Positions 40,001 through 57,547 are shown, counted from the first letter of the stretch. The stretch: 64,000 nucleotides of DNA from Dictyostelium discoideum (GCA_000004695.1 CM000151.3:6688001-6752000), one strand, 5' to 3'. Translations and numbers: made by a program. The notes: a model not told the origin generated them from the sequence alone.

Positions 40001-40016
40001 TCTTTACTAGTAAAGA
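40001..40016. promoter_or_regulatory. Perfect 16-bp palindrome TCTTTACTAGTAAAGA, flanked by mirror (CT)n/(GA)n tracts, in the pyr4/pyr1-3 bidirectional promoter. A long C/T-rich tract (40556..40666) lies just upstream of the pyr1-3 ATG.
   Basis: The palindrome is seen directly in the sequence. Oligo-pyrimidine tracts are unusual against the A/T homopolymer background of Dictyostelium intergenic DNA. Confidence 0.4.
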
Positions 40017-40447
40017 GAGAGAGAAAAAAAAGTAGTGTAAAAATTAAATAAATAAACAAATTAATTAATTAATATTTTTTAAAATTAAAATCCAAAATCT
40101 TTTTTTGTTATTTTAATATCACTATTAATAAATTTTGATTTTCCAAAATTTAATTTTTTTTTTTTCAAAATTTTCTTTTTTTAGACTGCACCCTTTCAAG
40201 TTCACACACTCCCTACATTTTTTTTAAATTAAAAATTATATTTATTTTTTAAATTTTTATTTTTTCATTATTTAATTTCTTTTTTTTTTTTAATACACGA
40301 TATTTTTATTTTTTTTCATAATAATATCAAATTAAATCTGTAATAAACTTTTTATAAATAAAATAAAAAAAAAAAAAATAAAAAAAACCCTAAAAACAAA
40401 AAAAAAACAAAACAAAACAAAACGTTCAAATAAATTATATAAATTTA

Positions 40448-40478
<31 letters not shown>

Positions 40479-40610
40479 TTTAAAAGGTATGGTAATCTTC
40501 AAATTTTAATTTCATTAAAAAATTTCATCCCGATTATTAATTTCCAAAAATTTTTTTTTTTCTTTCTCCCTTTTTTTTTTTCTTCTCTCCCTTTTTCTCC
40601 TCCTTCTCCT

Positions 40611-40646
<36 letters not shown>

Positions 40647-40693
40647 CCTTTCTTTCCTTTTCTTTTAAGTAATCCAATATATATAAAAATAAA

Positions 40694-40877
40694 ATGGATA
40701 TTTTAAATAGAAAAAAAGGTTGTTTAGTACTTGAGGATGGTACTAAATTAAGTGGTTACTCATTTGGAAGTGAAAGATCTGTTGCAGGTGAATGTGTTTT
40801 TTCAACTGGTAAGTAAATTATAAAGAAAAAAAAAAAAAAAAAATTATAATAAATAAGATTATTAATTTTCAAATATA

Positions 40878-40928
<51 letters not shown>

Positions 40929-43900
40929 ATTTTAGGTATGGTTGGTTATAATGAATCAATTTCAGATCCATCATATACTGGACAAATTTTAGTATTCTCA
41001 TTTCCATTGATTGGTAATTATGGTGTACCATCATTTAGAGAAAGAGATCCAGAATCAGGATTAGCAGTAAACTTTGAATCAGATAAAGCACATGTTCAAG
41101 CAATTATTTGTTCAGAGTATTGTGATGAATATTCACATTGGGCAGCAGAGAAATCACTTTCAGAGTGGTTAAAAGAATCAAACATTCCAGGTTTGTACGG
41201 AATCGATACACGTGCTTTGATCACCAAAATTCGTGAGAAGGGCTCTCTAAAAGGAAAGGTAATCATTGGTGACTTTGATGAAAGTAAATTGGAGTTTGAA
41301 GATATTAATTTACGTAATTTGGTTGCAGAAGTTTCAACCAAAGAGATTAAAGAATACAAAGCTGCAGAGAACAATAAGAAAACTGGCGAAAAAAGAAAGA
41401 ATAAAAAAGTGATCGTACTTGATTGTGGTATTAAAAATAATCAAATCCGTTGTTTATTAAATCGTGGTGTAGATCTTAAAGTTGTACCATGGGACTACGA
41501 TGTGGTTGCAAACGAATCAATCAATGATTACGATGGTGTTTTCATTAGTAATGGTCCAGGTGATCCAAGTCTTTGTGGAAAAGCAATTGAAAACATTAGA
41601 AAAGTATTGGCATTGCCAGTTGCCAAAGCAGTATTTGGTGTTTGTATGGGTAATCAATTGTTAGGTTTAGCCGCTGGTGCACAAACTCATAAAATGGCCT
41701 TTGGTAATCGTGGTCTCAATCAACCATGTGTCGATCAAATTAGTGGCCGTTGTCATATCACCTCACAAAATCATGGCTTTGTTATCGATTCAAATTCTTT
41801 ACCAGCTGGTAGTGGTTGGAAAACTTACTTTATAAATGCAAATGATGCCTCCAACGAAGGTATCTATCATGAGAGTAAACCATGGTTCTCTGTTCAATTC
41901 CATCCAGAAGCTATGGCAGGTCCAACCGATACTGAATATCTTTTCGATAATTTCGTTGATAACGTTTGTGGTGAACAACAACATAAATCACCAATGAATA
42001 AATCTAAAATCATCGATTGTCCAAAAGGTATCAATAAAGTTTTAATTTTAGGTTCAGGTGGTCTTTCAATTGGTCAAGCTGGTGAATTTGATTATTCTGG
42101 TTCTCAAGCTATCAAAGCACTCAAAGAAGAAGGTATTAAAACCATTTTAATTAATCCAAATATCGCAACAGTTCAAACTTCACCAGGTCTTGCCGATAAA
42201 GTTTATTTCCTTCCAGTTAATGCTTCCTCTGTTCAAAAAGTAATTGAAAATGAAAATCCAGATGGTATTTTAGTAACTTTTGGTGGTCAAACAGCTTTGA
42301 ATTGTGGTATTGAACTCTATAAATCTGGTATACTCGAGAAATATAATTGTAAAGTATTGGGTACTCCAATTGAAACTATCATTGCCACTGAAGATAGAGG
42401 TATCTTTGCAGAGAAATTATCAGAAATCAATGAACGTATCGCACCATCAATGGCTTGTAATAGTTTAGAGGAATCTTTGATTGAAGCAGAGAAAATTGGT
42501 TATCCAGTCATTGTTAGAGCTGCCTATTGTTTGGGTGGTTTAGGTTCTGGTTTCGCCGATAATAAAGAACAACTCACAGCATTGGTCACTGAAGCAATGG
42601 CAACCTCTTCACAAGTTTTGGTTGAAAAATCACTCAAAGGTTGGAAAGAAATTGAATATGAAGTTTTAAGAGATAGTAAAGACAATTGTATCACCGTTTG
42701 TAATATGGAAAATTTCGATCCACTCGGTATTCATACTGGTGAATCAATCGTCGTTGCACCATCACAAACACTTTCAGATAGAGAATATCAAATGTTAAGA
42801 GAAACTGCAATTAAAACCGTTCGTCATCTTGGTGTAATTGGTGAATGTAATATTCAATATTCCCTCAATCCATATAGCGAAGAATATTGTATCATTGAAG
42901 TTAATGCACGTCTTTCACGTAGTTCAGCATTGGCAAGTAAAGCAACCGGTTATCCACTTGCTTTCATCTCTGCCAAAGTTGCTTTGGGTTATGATTTAGC
43001 AGCATTAAGAAATACAATCACAAAGAAAACTACAGCATGTTTCGAACCTTCATTGGATTATTTAGTTGTTAAAATGCCACGTTGGGATTTAAAGAAATTC
43101 ACTCGTGTTTCCAATAAAATTTCATCATCAATGAAATCAGTTGGTGAAGTTATGTCAATTGGTAGAAAATTTGAAGAAGCAATTCAAAAAGCAATTAGAA
43201 TGGTTATGGATGGTGCAGTTGAAGGTTTCCAAGCTGGTGTTTTCCCAACCTCTGATGAAGAACTTGAACATCCAACTAATAATCGTATTTTAGTATTGGC
43301 AAGTGCTTTCAAAGATGGTTATTCCATTGATAGAGTACATCAATTAACAAAGATTGATAAATGGTTCTTAACAAAACTTAAAGCAATCATCGATTTAGAG
43401 AATCATTTATCAACCTATAAAGAACCATCACAAATTCCATCAGAGATTTTGAAATTCTCAAAACAACAAGGTTTCTCTGATAAACAAATCGCCAGAGCAG
43501 TTGGTACCACAGAATTGAATGTTAGAGATTATAGAAAGAAAATGGGTATCATTCCATGTACAAAACATATCGATACAGTTGCTGCAGAATTCCCAGCTCA
43601 AAACAATTATCTTTACATGACTTACAATGGTGAAACCAATGATGTAAATATCAATGAAAAATCTTATATCACATTAGGTTCAGGTTCATATCGTATTGGT
43701 AGTAGTGTTGAGTTTGATTGGTGCGCAGTTAGTTGTATTCGTACATTACGTAGTTTAGGTTTGAAATCAATTATGATCAATTTCAATCCAGAGACTGTTA
43801 GTACTGATTATGATGAATGCGATTATCTCTACTTTGAAGAACTCTCATTGGAAAGAGTATTGGATATCTATGAACGTGGTGGTCCAAATTCAAATCATGG

Positions 43901-46900
43901 TGTAATATTATCAGTTGGTGGTCAAATTCCAAACAATTTAGCCATTCCATTATCACGTTGTAATGTTAAAGTTTTAGGTACTCATCCAGATATGATTGAT
44001 TCAGCTGAAAATCGTTATAAGTTCTCACGTCTTTTAGATACCATTGGAATTGATCAACCACTTTGGAAAGAATTAACAAGTGTTTCCGATACAAAAGATT
44101 TCTGTGAATCTGTTGGTTTCCCATGTTTAGTTCGTCCATCTTATGTACTCTCTGGTGCTGCTATGAATGTAGTTCACTCTTCACAAGATCTCGAAACATT
44201 CCTTACTGAAGCTGCTGCAGTTTCACGTGATCATCCAGTTGTCATTTCAAAATTCATTCAAGAAGCTAAAGAGATTGAAATTGATGCTGTCGCCGATAAT
44301 GGTCGTATTGTTTTATTCGCAATTAGTGAACATGTTGAAAATGCCGGTGTACACAGTGGTGATGCTACCATTGTTTGTCCAGCTCAAGATCTTGATGATG
44401 CCACCATCCTCAAGGTTGAAGAAACCGCTAGAAAGATCGCTGAAGCACTCAATGTCAGTGGTCCATTCAATATTCAATTCATTGCTAAAAACAATGAAAT
44501 CAAAGTTATCGAATGTAATTTACGTTGTTCACGTTCTTTCCCATTCGTTAGTAAAACATTAAATATCAATTTTATCGAATTAGCAACTAAAATCATCATT
44601 AAACATCAATATGATCTTCCAGTTGTAAATCCAATCAATTATGTTGGTGTCAAAGTACCACAATTCTCATTCATTCGTCTTAAAGGTGCAGATCCAGTTT
44701 TAGGTGTAGAAATGGCATCCACTGGTGAGGTAGCATGTTTTGGTAATACTCGTGAAGAAGCTTACGTCAAGGGTTTAATTTCTACTGGTTTCAAAGCACC
44801 AGAAAAAAATGTACTCCTTTCAATTGGTTCATTCAAAGAGAAACATGAATTCCTTCCATCAGCTCATAAATTAATTAAATTAGGTTATACCTTATTTGGT
44901 ACTCAAGGCACTGCCGATTTCTACAGTGAAAATGGTGTTCCAGTAACTCAACTCAATTGGGATGAAGAGGATTTAGGTGAAAATGTAATTCAAAAGAAAA
45001 TGACTGAAAATACAATTCATCTCTTCATTAATTTACCATCAAAGAATAAATATCGTCGTCCATCTTCATTCATGTCAAGAGGTTATTCATTACGTCGTGT
45101 TGCTATCGATTTCCAAGTACCACTCATTACCAACATCAAATGTGCTAAATTATTCGTCGATTCTTTATCCTACATGAAAGGTCCAATGCCAATTGAAAAT
45201 GTTGATTGGAGAACAAGTAATAAGATCATTCGTTTACCAGGTTTAGTTGATGTTCATGTTCATCTTAGAGAACCAGGTGCCACTCATAAAGAAGATTGGG
45301 ACAGTGGTACAGCAACTGCATTAGCTGGTGGTTTCACCATGGTTGGTGCTATGCCAAACACTAATCCAGCCATTATGGATGATGCATCATTTGAACTTTG
45401 TAAATCATTGGCAGCCTCAAAAGCACGTTGTGATTATGGTATTTTCATTGGTGCCACTTTTACCAATACAACAACCGCTGGTAAATTCGCATCCGATGCC
45501 ATGGGTATGAAAATGTATCTCGAAGAAACCTTTGCTCCACTTCCATTAAAAGATGATATCAACGTTTGGAGAGATCATATTATGAATTGGCCAGGTACAA
45601 CACCAATTTGTGTTCATGCTGATGGTAGAAATCTTGCAGCAATTCTCTTATTAGGTTGGATGTATGATAAACATATGCATGTTTGCCACGTTTCACATAA
45701 AGAAGAGATTGATATTATTCGTGATGCAAAGAAACGTGGTATGAAATTATCATGTGAAGTTTCACCACATCATTTAACCCTTTGTGATAAAGATATTCCA
45801 CGTATTGGTGCTGGTCAATCTGAAGTTCGTCCAAAACTTGGAACTGAAGAAGATTTGAATGCACTCTGGGACAATATCGATTACATTGATATGATTGCAA
45901 CCGATCATGCTCCACACACTTGGGAAGAGAAATGTAGCGCCAAACCACCACCAGGTTTCCCAGGTCTTGAAACTTCATTACCATTGATGTTAACTGCCGT
46001 CCATAATGGTAGAATCACCATTGAAGATTTGGTAATGAAAATGCACACAAATCCAATTCGTATTTTCAATCTTCCAGAACAACCAGATACTTACATTGAA
46101 GTTGATATGGAACAAGAATGGACCATTCCAAAGAAACCACTCTATTCAAGATGTGGTTGGACTCCATTCGAAGGTCTTCAAGTACGTGGTAAAGTTGTTA
46201 AAGTCGTACTTCGTGGTCAAATCGCTTTCATTGATGGTAAAATCATTGCACAAAAAGGTTTTGGTTTAAATTTACGTTCAAAAGAATATCAAGTTGAAAA
46301 AGAAAGATTACTCAATACTACCAAACCAATTTATGATAAAATCCCAACTGTTCAATCAACAAAGAATCAAACTACAAATATTACTTCACCATCATTAATT
46401 AGTGATTCACCAAATAAAGCCATCAATAAGATTAAATCTACTTCCACTTCTACAACTCCAAATACTCAAGAACAATCAACACAACATTTACCATTAGTTG
46501 GATCAAATCTTGCATCAGCTGTATTAAATAAAAAAGAAGATACACTCCAAACTGCTTTCAATATCTCAGATAATTCATTGGCAGGTAAACATATTTTCTC
46601 AGTTAAACAATTCAATAGAAAACAATTACATGCCTTATTTGGTATTGCTCATGAAATGAGAATTTTAGTTAAGAGATCAGGTGGTTCAGATTTATTGAAG
46701 GGTAAAGTTTTAGCTACTCTCTTCTATGAACCAAGTACTCGTACTCAATGTTCATTCACTGCTGCCATGCAAAGATTAGGTGGTTCAGTTGTCACTGTTG
46801 ATAATGTATCATCATCAGTTGCCAAAGGTGAATCAATCGCTGATACCATTCAAACTTTAGAATCCTATTGTGATGCAGTTTGTATGAGACATCCAGCTGT

Positions 46901-47498
46901 TGGTTCAGTTGAAAGTGCAATTCAAGTCGCCAAAAAACCAATCATTAACGCAGGTGATGGTGTTGGTGAACATCCAACTCAAGCTTTATTGGATGTTTTC
47001 ACAATTCGTGAAGAATTAGGTACCGTCAATGGTTTAACTATCACCGTTGTTGGTGATCTTAAACATGGCCGTACCGTTCATTCTTTGGTTCGTCTCTTAG
47101 CAAACTATCAAGTTAAAATCAATTATGTCTCACCATCTTCACTCTCAATGCCAACTGAAATCATCAAAGAACTCAATGAAAAAGGTATTGAACAAAAAGA
47201 ATATACAAATATCGAATCTATCCTTCCAACTACCAATGTACTATATGTAACTAGAGTTCAAAAAGAACGTTTCCAAAGTATTGAAGAATATGAAAAAGTT
47301 AAAGATTCTTTCATTATCACTCCACATACTCTCACTAAAGCTTCTGATAATATGATCGTTATGCATCCACTTCCAAGAATTAATGAAATTAGTCCAGAAG
47401 TTGATTCTGATCCACGTGCTGCTTACTTTAGACAAATGGAAAATGGTTTATATGTCCGTATGTCACTTTTAGCTCTTGTATTTGGTGCTGGTGTTTAA
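40694..47498 (+). CDS. pyr1-3: Trifunctional pyrimidine biosynthesis protein CAD (glutamine-dependent carbamoyl-phosphate synthase, dihydroorotase and aspartate carbamoyltransferase), 2225 aa. Exons: 40694..40808 and 40936..47498 (phase-1 intron GTAAGT...TTTTAG).
   Basis: Exon 1 reads [39 protein letters not shown] and joins [20 protein letters not shown]… (CPSase small-subunit N-domain). The GATase active site is GVCMGNQLL. The two CPSase large-subunit ATP-grasp halves show …[14 protein letters not shown]… and …[14 protein letters not shown]… The DHOase has HVHLREPG, and the ATCase has …[17 protein letters not shown]…[14 protein letters not shown]… The total of 6678 nt gives 2225 aa, the length I recall for D. 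discoideum PYR1-3. Confidence 0.95.
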
Positions 47499-47924
47499 AA
47501 TAAAAATTAAATAAATAAAAAAAAAAAAAATAAAAATATAAAAAAAAAAAATATAAAAAAAATTAAAAGATGTGTTCATTTTTATTTTTGTTAAGTTATC
47601 TAATCAAAACTTAGAATAGAAAAAAAAGGCGCATGGTTTAAAAATATCTTAAGATCAACCAATGAAAGATTAAAAAATCATGATTTTTCATATAAATTTT
47701 AAAATTAAAAAGATATTTTCTTTTTATTATTATGTTAAAATACTAAGAATTCTTTTTCTTATTTTTTTTTGAAAAAATCAGAATTATTCCTTTTTTTTTC
47801 TCAATTTTTTTTCTAATTTTTTTTTTTTTTTTTTAATTTACGTTTATTAAATTTTCTTCAACTGCAATCCTTTCCAAATCATAAACAAATAAATAAAAAA
47901 AATAGTGAAAAAATTTCCAATAAA

Positions 47925-48741
47925 ATGACAGATAACCAGGGTTTAAAAAAAGAAGATGCTCAAATCATTGATATGAGTTCAATAAATAATATTGATGATA
48001 TTAGATTAATTATTACAAATTCAAAATTAACAATTCAATTGTCAAAATTAATTTTAAACTCATCTTTTAAAGATGAATATATTGTATTATTCCTTGTTTT
48101 ATTAAATACTGTTGGTAAAGTATTTTTTTTTATAAAAAAAAAAAAAAAAAAAATAAATGTTTAGAAAACAATTTTAAAAAAATTAATAATATTAATAAAT
48201 ATTTTTTTTATTTTATTTTTAGATTTACACTCAAATACAAAATGTAATTTTTTAGTATCAGCATTTGATACTAAATTATATAATTTAGCAAGAAGTTGTT
48301 TAGATACTGATAAATATACATTTGTTGAAATTTTAAAATGTTTAAAGATTATGGATTCTAAAAGAATGATTAGAATTTTATATGAAAAAATCGACTCAAT
48401 TAAAAATAAATATCAAGATCGTAAAGAAAGATTAAATAATGCCAGTGTTGAATATCAAAAACAACTTTTAGAAAATAAATTAAAAGAATTATCATTAGAA
48501 TCTGATGAAAAAGTTAAAGAAGAAAAATTAAAAGAATTTACTGATAAAAATGAAAAACAAAAAGAAATTGAAAAAAACTACAAAGAAAAACAAGATTTAA
48601 AAAAGAAAAAAGAAGAAGAAGAAAAAGAAAAAGATAAAACTCCAATTAAAAAATCTAAAAAAGTTGGTAAAAAATCAAAATCAAAATCAAAATCAAAATC
48701 AAAATCAAAATCAAATGATAATAATAATAATAATAATGATG

Positions 48742-48772
<31 letters not shown>

Positions 48773-50621
48773 AAAATCAAAAGAAGATATTTTAAAAGAA
48801 AAAAGAGAAAAAAATAAAAAAAGAGAATTATTATTTGAAAGAAGATTTGAAAATTCAATTAATTCAATTGAAAATAAAATTAGAGAATTAGTATCATATG
48901 GTTATGAATCAACATTAAGTGGAAATGTTGTAAATATTTTCAAACATTATTTTAAACAAGTTCCATCATCAGTTTTATTATTCTTTTCATTTGGTCAACC
49001 AAAAGCAACATGGAGAAGTATTTGTAAATTATTACATTTGGCTCCATCAGATCTTTCAAGTGAAGTACCATGGTTCCTTAGTGTAATGTTTGGTAAACCA
49101 GCAGAAGAAGGTACTCATGTTTATGAATTTGAAAAGAGTTTAAAAACTCCAGGTTATTTTACAAATGAAGTTGCATTTGAATTAATTAAAAAGTTTAAAC
49201 CAACTTATCCATTCCTTAGAAAGAATTTACCCAGTGGAATTTTAGACAATCAAATGAAGAGATTCATTTCAGAGTATGAAGAAATCGACACATTAATTTG
49301 GTGGTTACATGAATTCAAACATGATGATTCTATCAATTTTATCATTAAACGTATTGAAGATGGTGAAAGTTTAGAAAAGGTTTCCATCGGTACTTTATTG
49401 GAGAAAGCAATGTCATTAAATCAAGATTCTCCATTGTTTAAAGTTTTATTCAAAGCAATCATTGATAAAATATCTGCCCTTAAAGAGAAATTTGTTTTAC
49501 CAGCACCAATTTCAATTTTTGGAGATAAATCTGGTTCAATGGAGGTTGCAATTCGTTTAAGTAATATTGTTAGCTTTATCATCTCCTCATTAACACCTGG
49601 TGCTCATTTAACATTTTTCGATACCAAAGATAACCCATCACCAATTCCAGTAGATAGTTTAGATAATCTCTTCAAATTAAAAGATTTGGTTAAAGCTGGT
49701 GGTGGTACAGATGCAAGTGTATCCCTTTATCCACTTTACAATAATAAAATCGTAAAGAATTATATTGTCGTTGTAACTGATGAAGAAGAGAATTCTTTTA
49801 AACATGGTCGTTTCGCTGATTTATTCATTCGTTATCAAAAAGAAGTTGCACCTAATTGTAAATTGGTATTTGTTTCATTCCTTGCATTACATGCCAAGGG
49901 CCAAATGGTTACAGAGTTACGTTCAAAAGGTATTGAACCAATTCAAATTCTCTTTGATCGTAGTTCTCCAGACGTTTCAAAAATTGATGGCGTACTTTCA
50001 AGTTTATCATGTGAGTCTGAATCCTTTAAAGATCAATTAGATTTATTTGTAAACATCTTACAATGTGTTGGTGATAAACAACTCTACCAAATGATTAAAG
50101 AAAAGAAGAACCGTTTAATGTCATTTGGTTTAAATATTGAATTGGGAATTGAAAATGTATGCTCTTTACTTGGAAATCATAAAACAACACCAATTGGTAA
50201 TATGGCACTTTTAATGATAAAGAATAATTTAAATCGTCTCATTAAAATCTCAAAAGATAACAAGAATGAAAAAGCTGAACAATTATTCACAAAAATACAA
50301 AAGGATTTTATTAAATTGCCAAAGGATGAAGGTATTCAATTCCTTTTTGATTCACTTTCAACTTTAGATCGTTCTTTGTATATTCCACAGTTTGAATTGG
50401 ATCAAGAAATTCAAAAAATGAAATTAGAACAATCAAAAATTATTCAACCTTCCAATGAAAGTAATCAAGATGATAAAAAAAAAGATTCAATTGTCAATAC
50501 AAAATCAATCATTTTAGATGGTGACCTTTCAATTAATGATGTTTCAAGCCAATTAAATGGTGAAAATAAAACAAATTTCATTTCTATCTATTCGGTTTTA
50601 CTAAATACAATTGGTAAATAG
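47925..50621 (+). CDS. Module A of a tandem pair: a protein with an N-terminal helical region, a Lys/Glu/Asn-rich segment, a conserved ~330-aa domain of unknown function and a C-terminal vWA-like domain with a complete MIDAS motif. It is 862 aa if the TAG at 50619 is used. Exons: 47925..48114 and 48223..50621, with a possible donor at 50613/50614 that fuses it to module B.
   Basis: Exon 1 (MTDNQGLKKEDAQIIDMSSINNIDDIRL…YIVLFLVLLNTVG) splices in phase 1 to DLHSNTKCNFLVSAFDTKLYNLARSCLDTDKYTFVEILKCLKIMDSKRMIRILYEK… The MIDAS elements are ISIFGDKSGSMEVAIRL (DxSxS), AGGGTDASVSLYPL (Thr) and IVVVTDEEENSF (Asp), followed by NCKLVFVSFLALHAKGQMVTELRSKG. The layout resembles the vWA of TROVE proteins (Ro60/TEP1: DVSASM…GGTDCS…FTDNETFAG). 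The C-terminal 35 aa (…SIILDGDLSINDVSSQLNGENKTNFISIYSVLLNTIG) repeat the exon-1 motif and end in G|GTAAATAG. Confidence 0.7.
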
Positions 50622-50747
50622 ATTTTTTTTTTTTTTTAATTATAAAAAAAAAAAAAAGATTATTTATACATTTGTAGATTTTCTAATTTTATTTTATTTT
50701 ATTTTTATTTTTTTTATTTTAATTTTAATTTGTTTTATTCCTATTAG

Positions 50748-54325
<3,578 letters not shown>

Positions 54326-54577
54326 ATATTGAATAAATAAATTAAAAAAAAAAAAAAAAAACTTTAACTTACTAGATTTTTAAAAAAAAGGCAAATAAAA
54401 ATAAATTTAATTAAATAAAAAATTTGATTGGTCTAAATAAATAAATAAAACCATTTATAATAATGTCAATAAAAAATAATAATATTCTTAATTTTAATCT
54501 GTATCTTTTTTTTTCTTCTCATAATGTTTTTTTTTTTTAAATTTTTTTTTATTTTTTGAATCCTATATATTGATAAA

Positions 54578-55421
54578 TTATTCTCTCGTTGATAATACAA
54601 ATACAGCTAAAACGAAAACCAAAAAGAATTTTAATTGTGGATAGTCGTGCATTACAATTGTTACCATACCAACTGATGGAAGGAAACCTTTAGCTCTACC
54701 AATGATATGATCTCTGCTTAACCATCTTTGACCTGGTGAATATAAACCAACATCATCAACATTGTTATTATCACCTTTAGTTCTAATATCATATAAACCA
54801 TCTTCTTTTTCATGTATTTGTAATATTCTATGAACGATTGGTATCTCTTTACCTTCAATTTTAAATACAACAATTTCACCAACTCTAAATGGTCCATCTT
54901 CCATATTTAAATATAAAAGATCGCCTCTAAAAAATGCTGGAATCATACTTCCACTATTATTTTAAAAATATTATTATTAATCATCAGTTTCATTAATAAT
55001 AATAATAATTATTATTATTATTTATTATTTATTATTTATTATTTATTATTTATTATTTATTATTTATTATTTATTATTATTATTTATTTGCACCATGATT
55101 TATAAGATTATCTACATTATTGAGATAATAATAATGGTGATGATGAAGATGTTGATAATATTTATAATAATGAATGATTACCTTAAAACTACAACAATTG
55201 GACTTTCACTTCCACTGAAAATCATTAAACCTTTCCATATCATTAAAGCTGTTGCTACAATCAATCCAAAATTTACAATTTGTTGTGCAATCTTAAGTTA
55301 AATAAATGATTAGAGAAAGATTTTTGGTAAAAAAAAAAAATTAAATTAAATATTTTATTTTACATACTTGGTGTTTTGGAATGCTGCTAAAAGGATTGAT
55401 TTTTGATATTATATCGTTCAT
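54578..55421 (-). CDS. Signal peptidase complex catalytic subunit SEC11, 179 aa. Exons (minus strand): 55421..55368, 55291..55182 and 54953..54578.
   Basis: The spliced protein is [18 protein letters not shown]|[37 protein letters not shown]|[71 protein letters not shown]…[18 protein letters not shown]… It matches SEC11/SPC18 throughout, including the catalytic Ser in VLSGSMEP. The donors are CAA|GTATGT and AAG|GTAATC and the acceptors are CTTAAG| and ATAATAG|. The exons sum to 540 nt. Confidence 0.85.
55019..55085. repeat. (ATTTATT)n heptanucleotide minisatellite of ~9 units inside SEC11 intron 2.
   Basis: Seen directly in the sequence. Confidence 0.8.
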
Positions 55422-55499
55422 TTTTTTTTGGTTTTTTTCTTTTTTTTTTTAATAAGATTTCTATTTATATTGAACACAAACTTTAATTTAACAAATGAA

Positions 55500-55548
<49 letters not shown>

Positions 55549-55559
55549 TGATTTGTCTT

Positions 55560-55596
<37 letters not shown>

Positions 55597-57194
55597 AAAA
55601 ATTTAACATTAAAATCTATTTTTTTTTTTCTTTTTATTAAAGAACCTTTTTGATATAATTTATTATCCTTTATTTAAACAAATATTTTATTATTTTATTT
55701 TATCTTTGAAAAAAAAGGGTAAAATTTTCATTATGGGGTTTAAAATTTTTTTTTTTTTTTAATTTGAAAAGTTATTTTTAGAACAATAATAATTTAGAGT
55801 ATTTAAAAAACATTAAAATCGATATGTGTATTTGATGGTTATTAATAAATGTTATGTTGAAATAACATTCTAAAAAAAAAGAAGGTTATCCAATGGTGAA
55901 AGTATGAGGGTATCCACAGAATTAAAATAGTTTCTATATTGTAAATGTACAATAGGAGGAATTACACAAAAAGCAAGAGTATACTGCAGAATAGTTGAAT
56001 CTTTTTGAAACATCATTTTTTATCATTTGACTAGAAATTGAATTAATTGGCCAATGCATCTTCAATTTATAAATCCAATTCTGAAGTCTTGGCTTTATAT
56101 ATTGAAGTATTTTCTTCATTATTTTAAAAAATAATACTTGGCACTTTCTTAATCAGTTCTCTTTCTGTTTCCAAAAAACAGTGACCAAAAAAACAATACC
56201 AATTTTTTTTTTTTTATTTTTTATGAAAAAGCTGGAAATTTTTAGGCATGTTTGAGACTCAGAAAATTTATGTACCAGAACATCTAGCTCATTCAATATT
56301 AATTATAATTATAAATATAAATAATACAAAAAATACTTTAATAAAAATAAATAAAAATAGGACTCCCAAATTTGGGTGGAGGTTAAAAAAAAATTAATAT
56401 TAAATTTTATTTAATTTTTTTTTAACAATAAAAAAAAAAAACTTAAAATTATGAGTATGTCCTGTTGGACTTTTTTTTTTTAAAGTTTTAAAAAAAAGAA
56501 AAAAAGAAAAAAAAAAAAAAAAAAGGAAATAAACCTTATAATTTTAAAAAGAATATAGCTTAAAATAAATTAAAAAAAATAAATAAATAAAAAGTTAATA
56601 TTTAATTAAAACAAATGATTATCACATGATTTTTTAAGTGAAAAACACTATTCAAGGAATGTTAATATCAATATTAATAATAATTATTTTTTATTAATAT
56701 TTTCGATATATATCGAAACTAACCCCCTACTCAAATTTTTAAAAATTTTATTTTTATTTTTTTTAAATTCTTATTTTTATTTAAATTTATTTTTTTTTTT
56801 AATTTATTTTAATTTTAATTTATTTTTTTTTTATTTTAATTTTTTTTTCTCACATTTTTTTTTTTTCCATACTAATTAAATTTTTTTTTTTTATTTTTTT
56901 ATTTTTTTTTTTTTTTTATTATTTATTTAAAAAACAAATAATAAATTAATAAATAATATTTACACCAAACAATAACCAAACGTCGAAAACGAAAAATCAA
57001 TTTCAAAAAAAAATAATAATAATTGTTAAATAATTTTATAATATTAATTTTATTTTATTTTTATTTAATTTTTTAATTTGTATTATTAAAGTCACACATA
57101 TTAAAAAAAAAAAAAAACAAACAAGAAAAAAAAAAAAAAAAAAAAAATCGTCTTATTAAAATAATTTTTCAATTGTAAATATAAACCATAAAAA

Positions 57195-57484
57195 ATGTCA
57201 TCAAACCATGATTTTGATATTGAAGAAAAGATAGCTTCATTGATTTTAGCATTTAGTCATAAAAGAGAAGTGATTTTAGAAGTTTTAAAAAGAAATAACT
57301 ATGGAATTGATGCATCGGCTTTGGAATTATCTGAAATGCCAGTAGTAGAACAACCACCATCACACCAACCACCACAATTTAGACAATCAAATAATAATAA
57401 TAATAATAATTATCCATCAAATAGACAAATTCCACAACAACCACCACCACAATATCAACAATATCATCAACAACAAAAACCACC

Positions 57485-57530
<46 letters not shown>

Positions 57531-57547
57531 CCACAACAACAACAACC

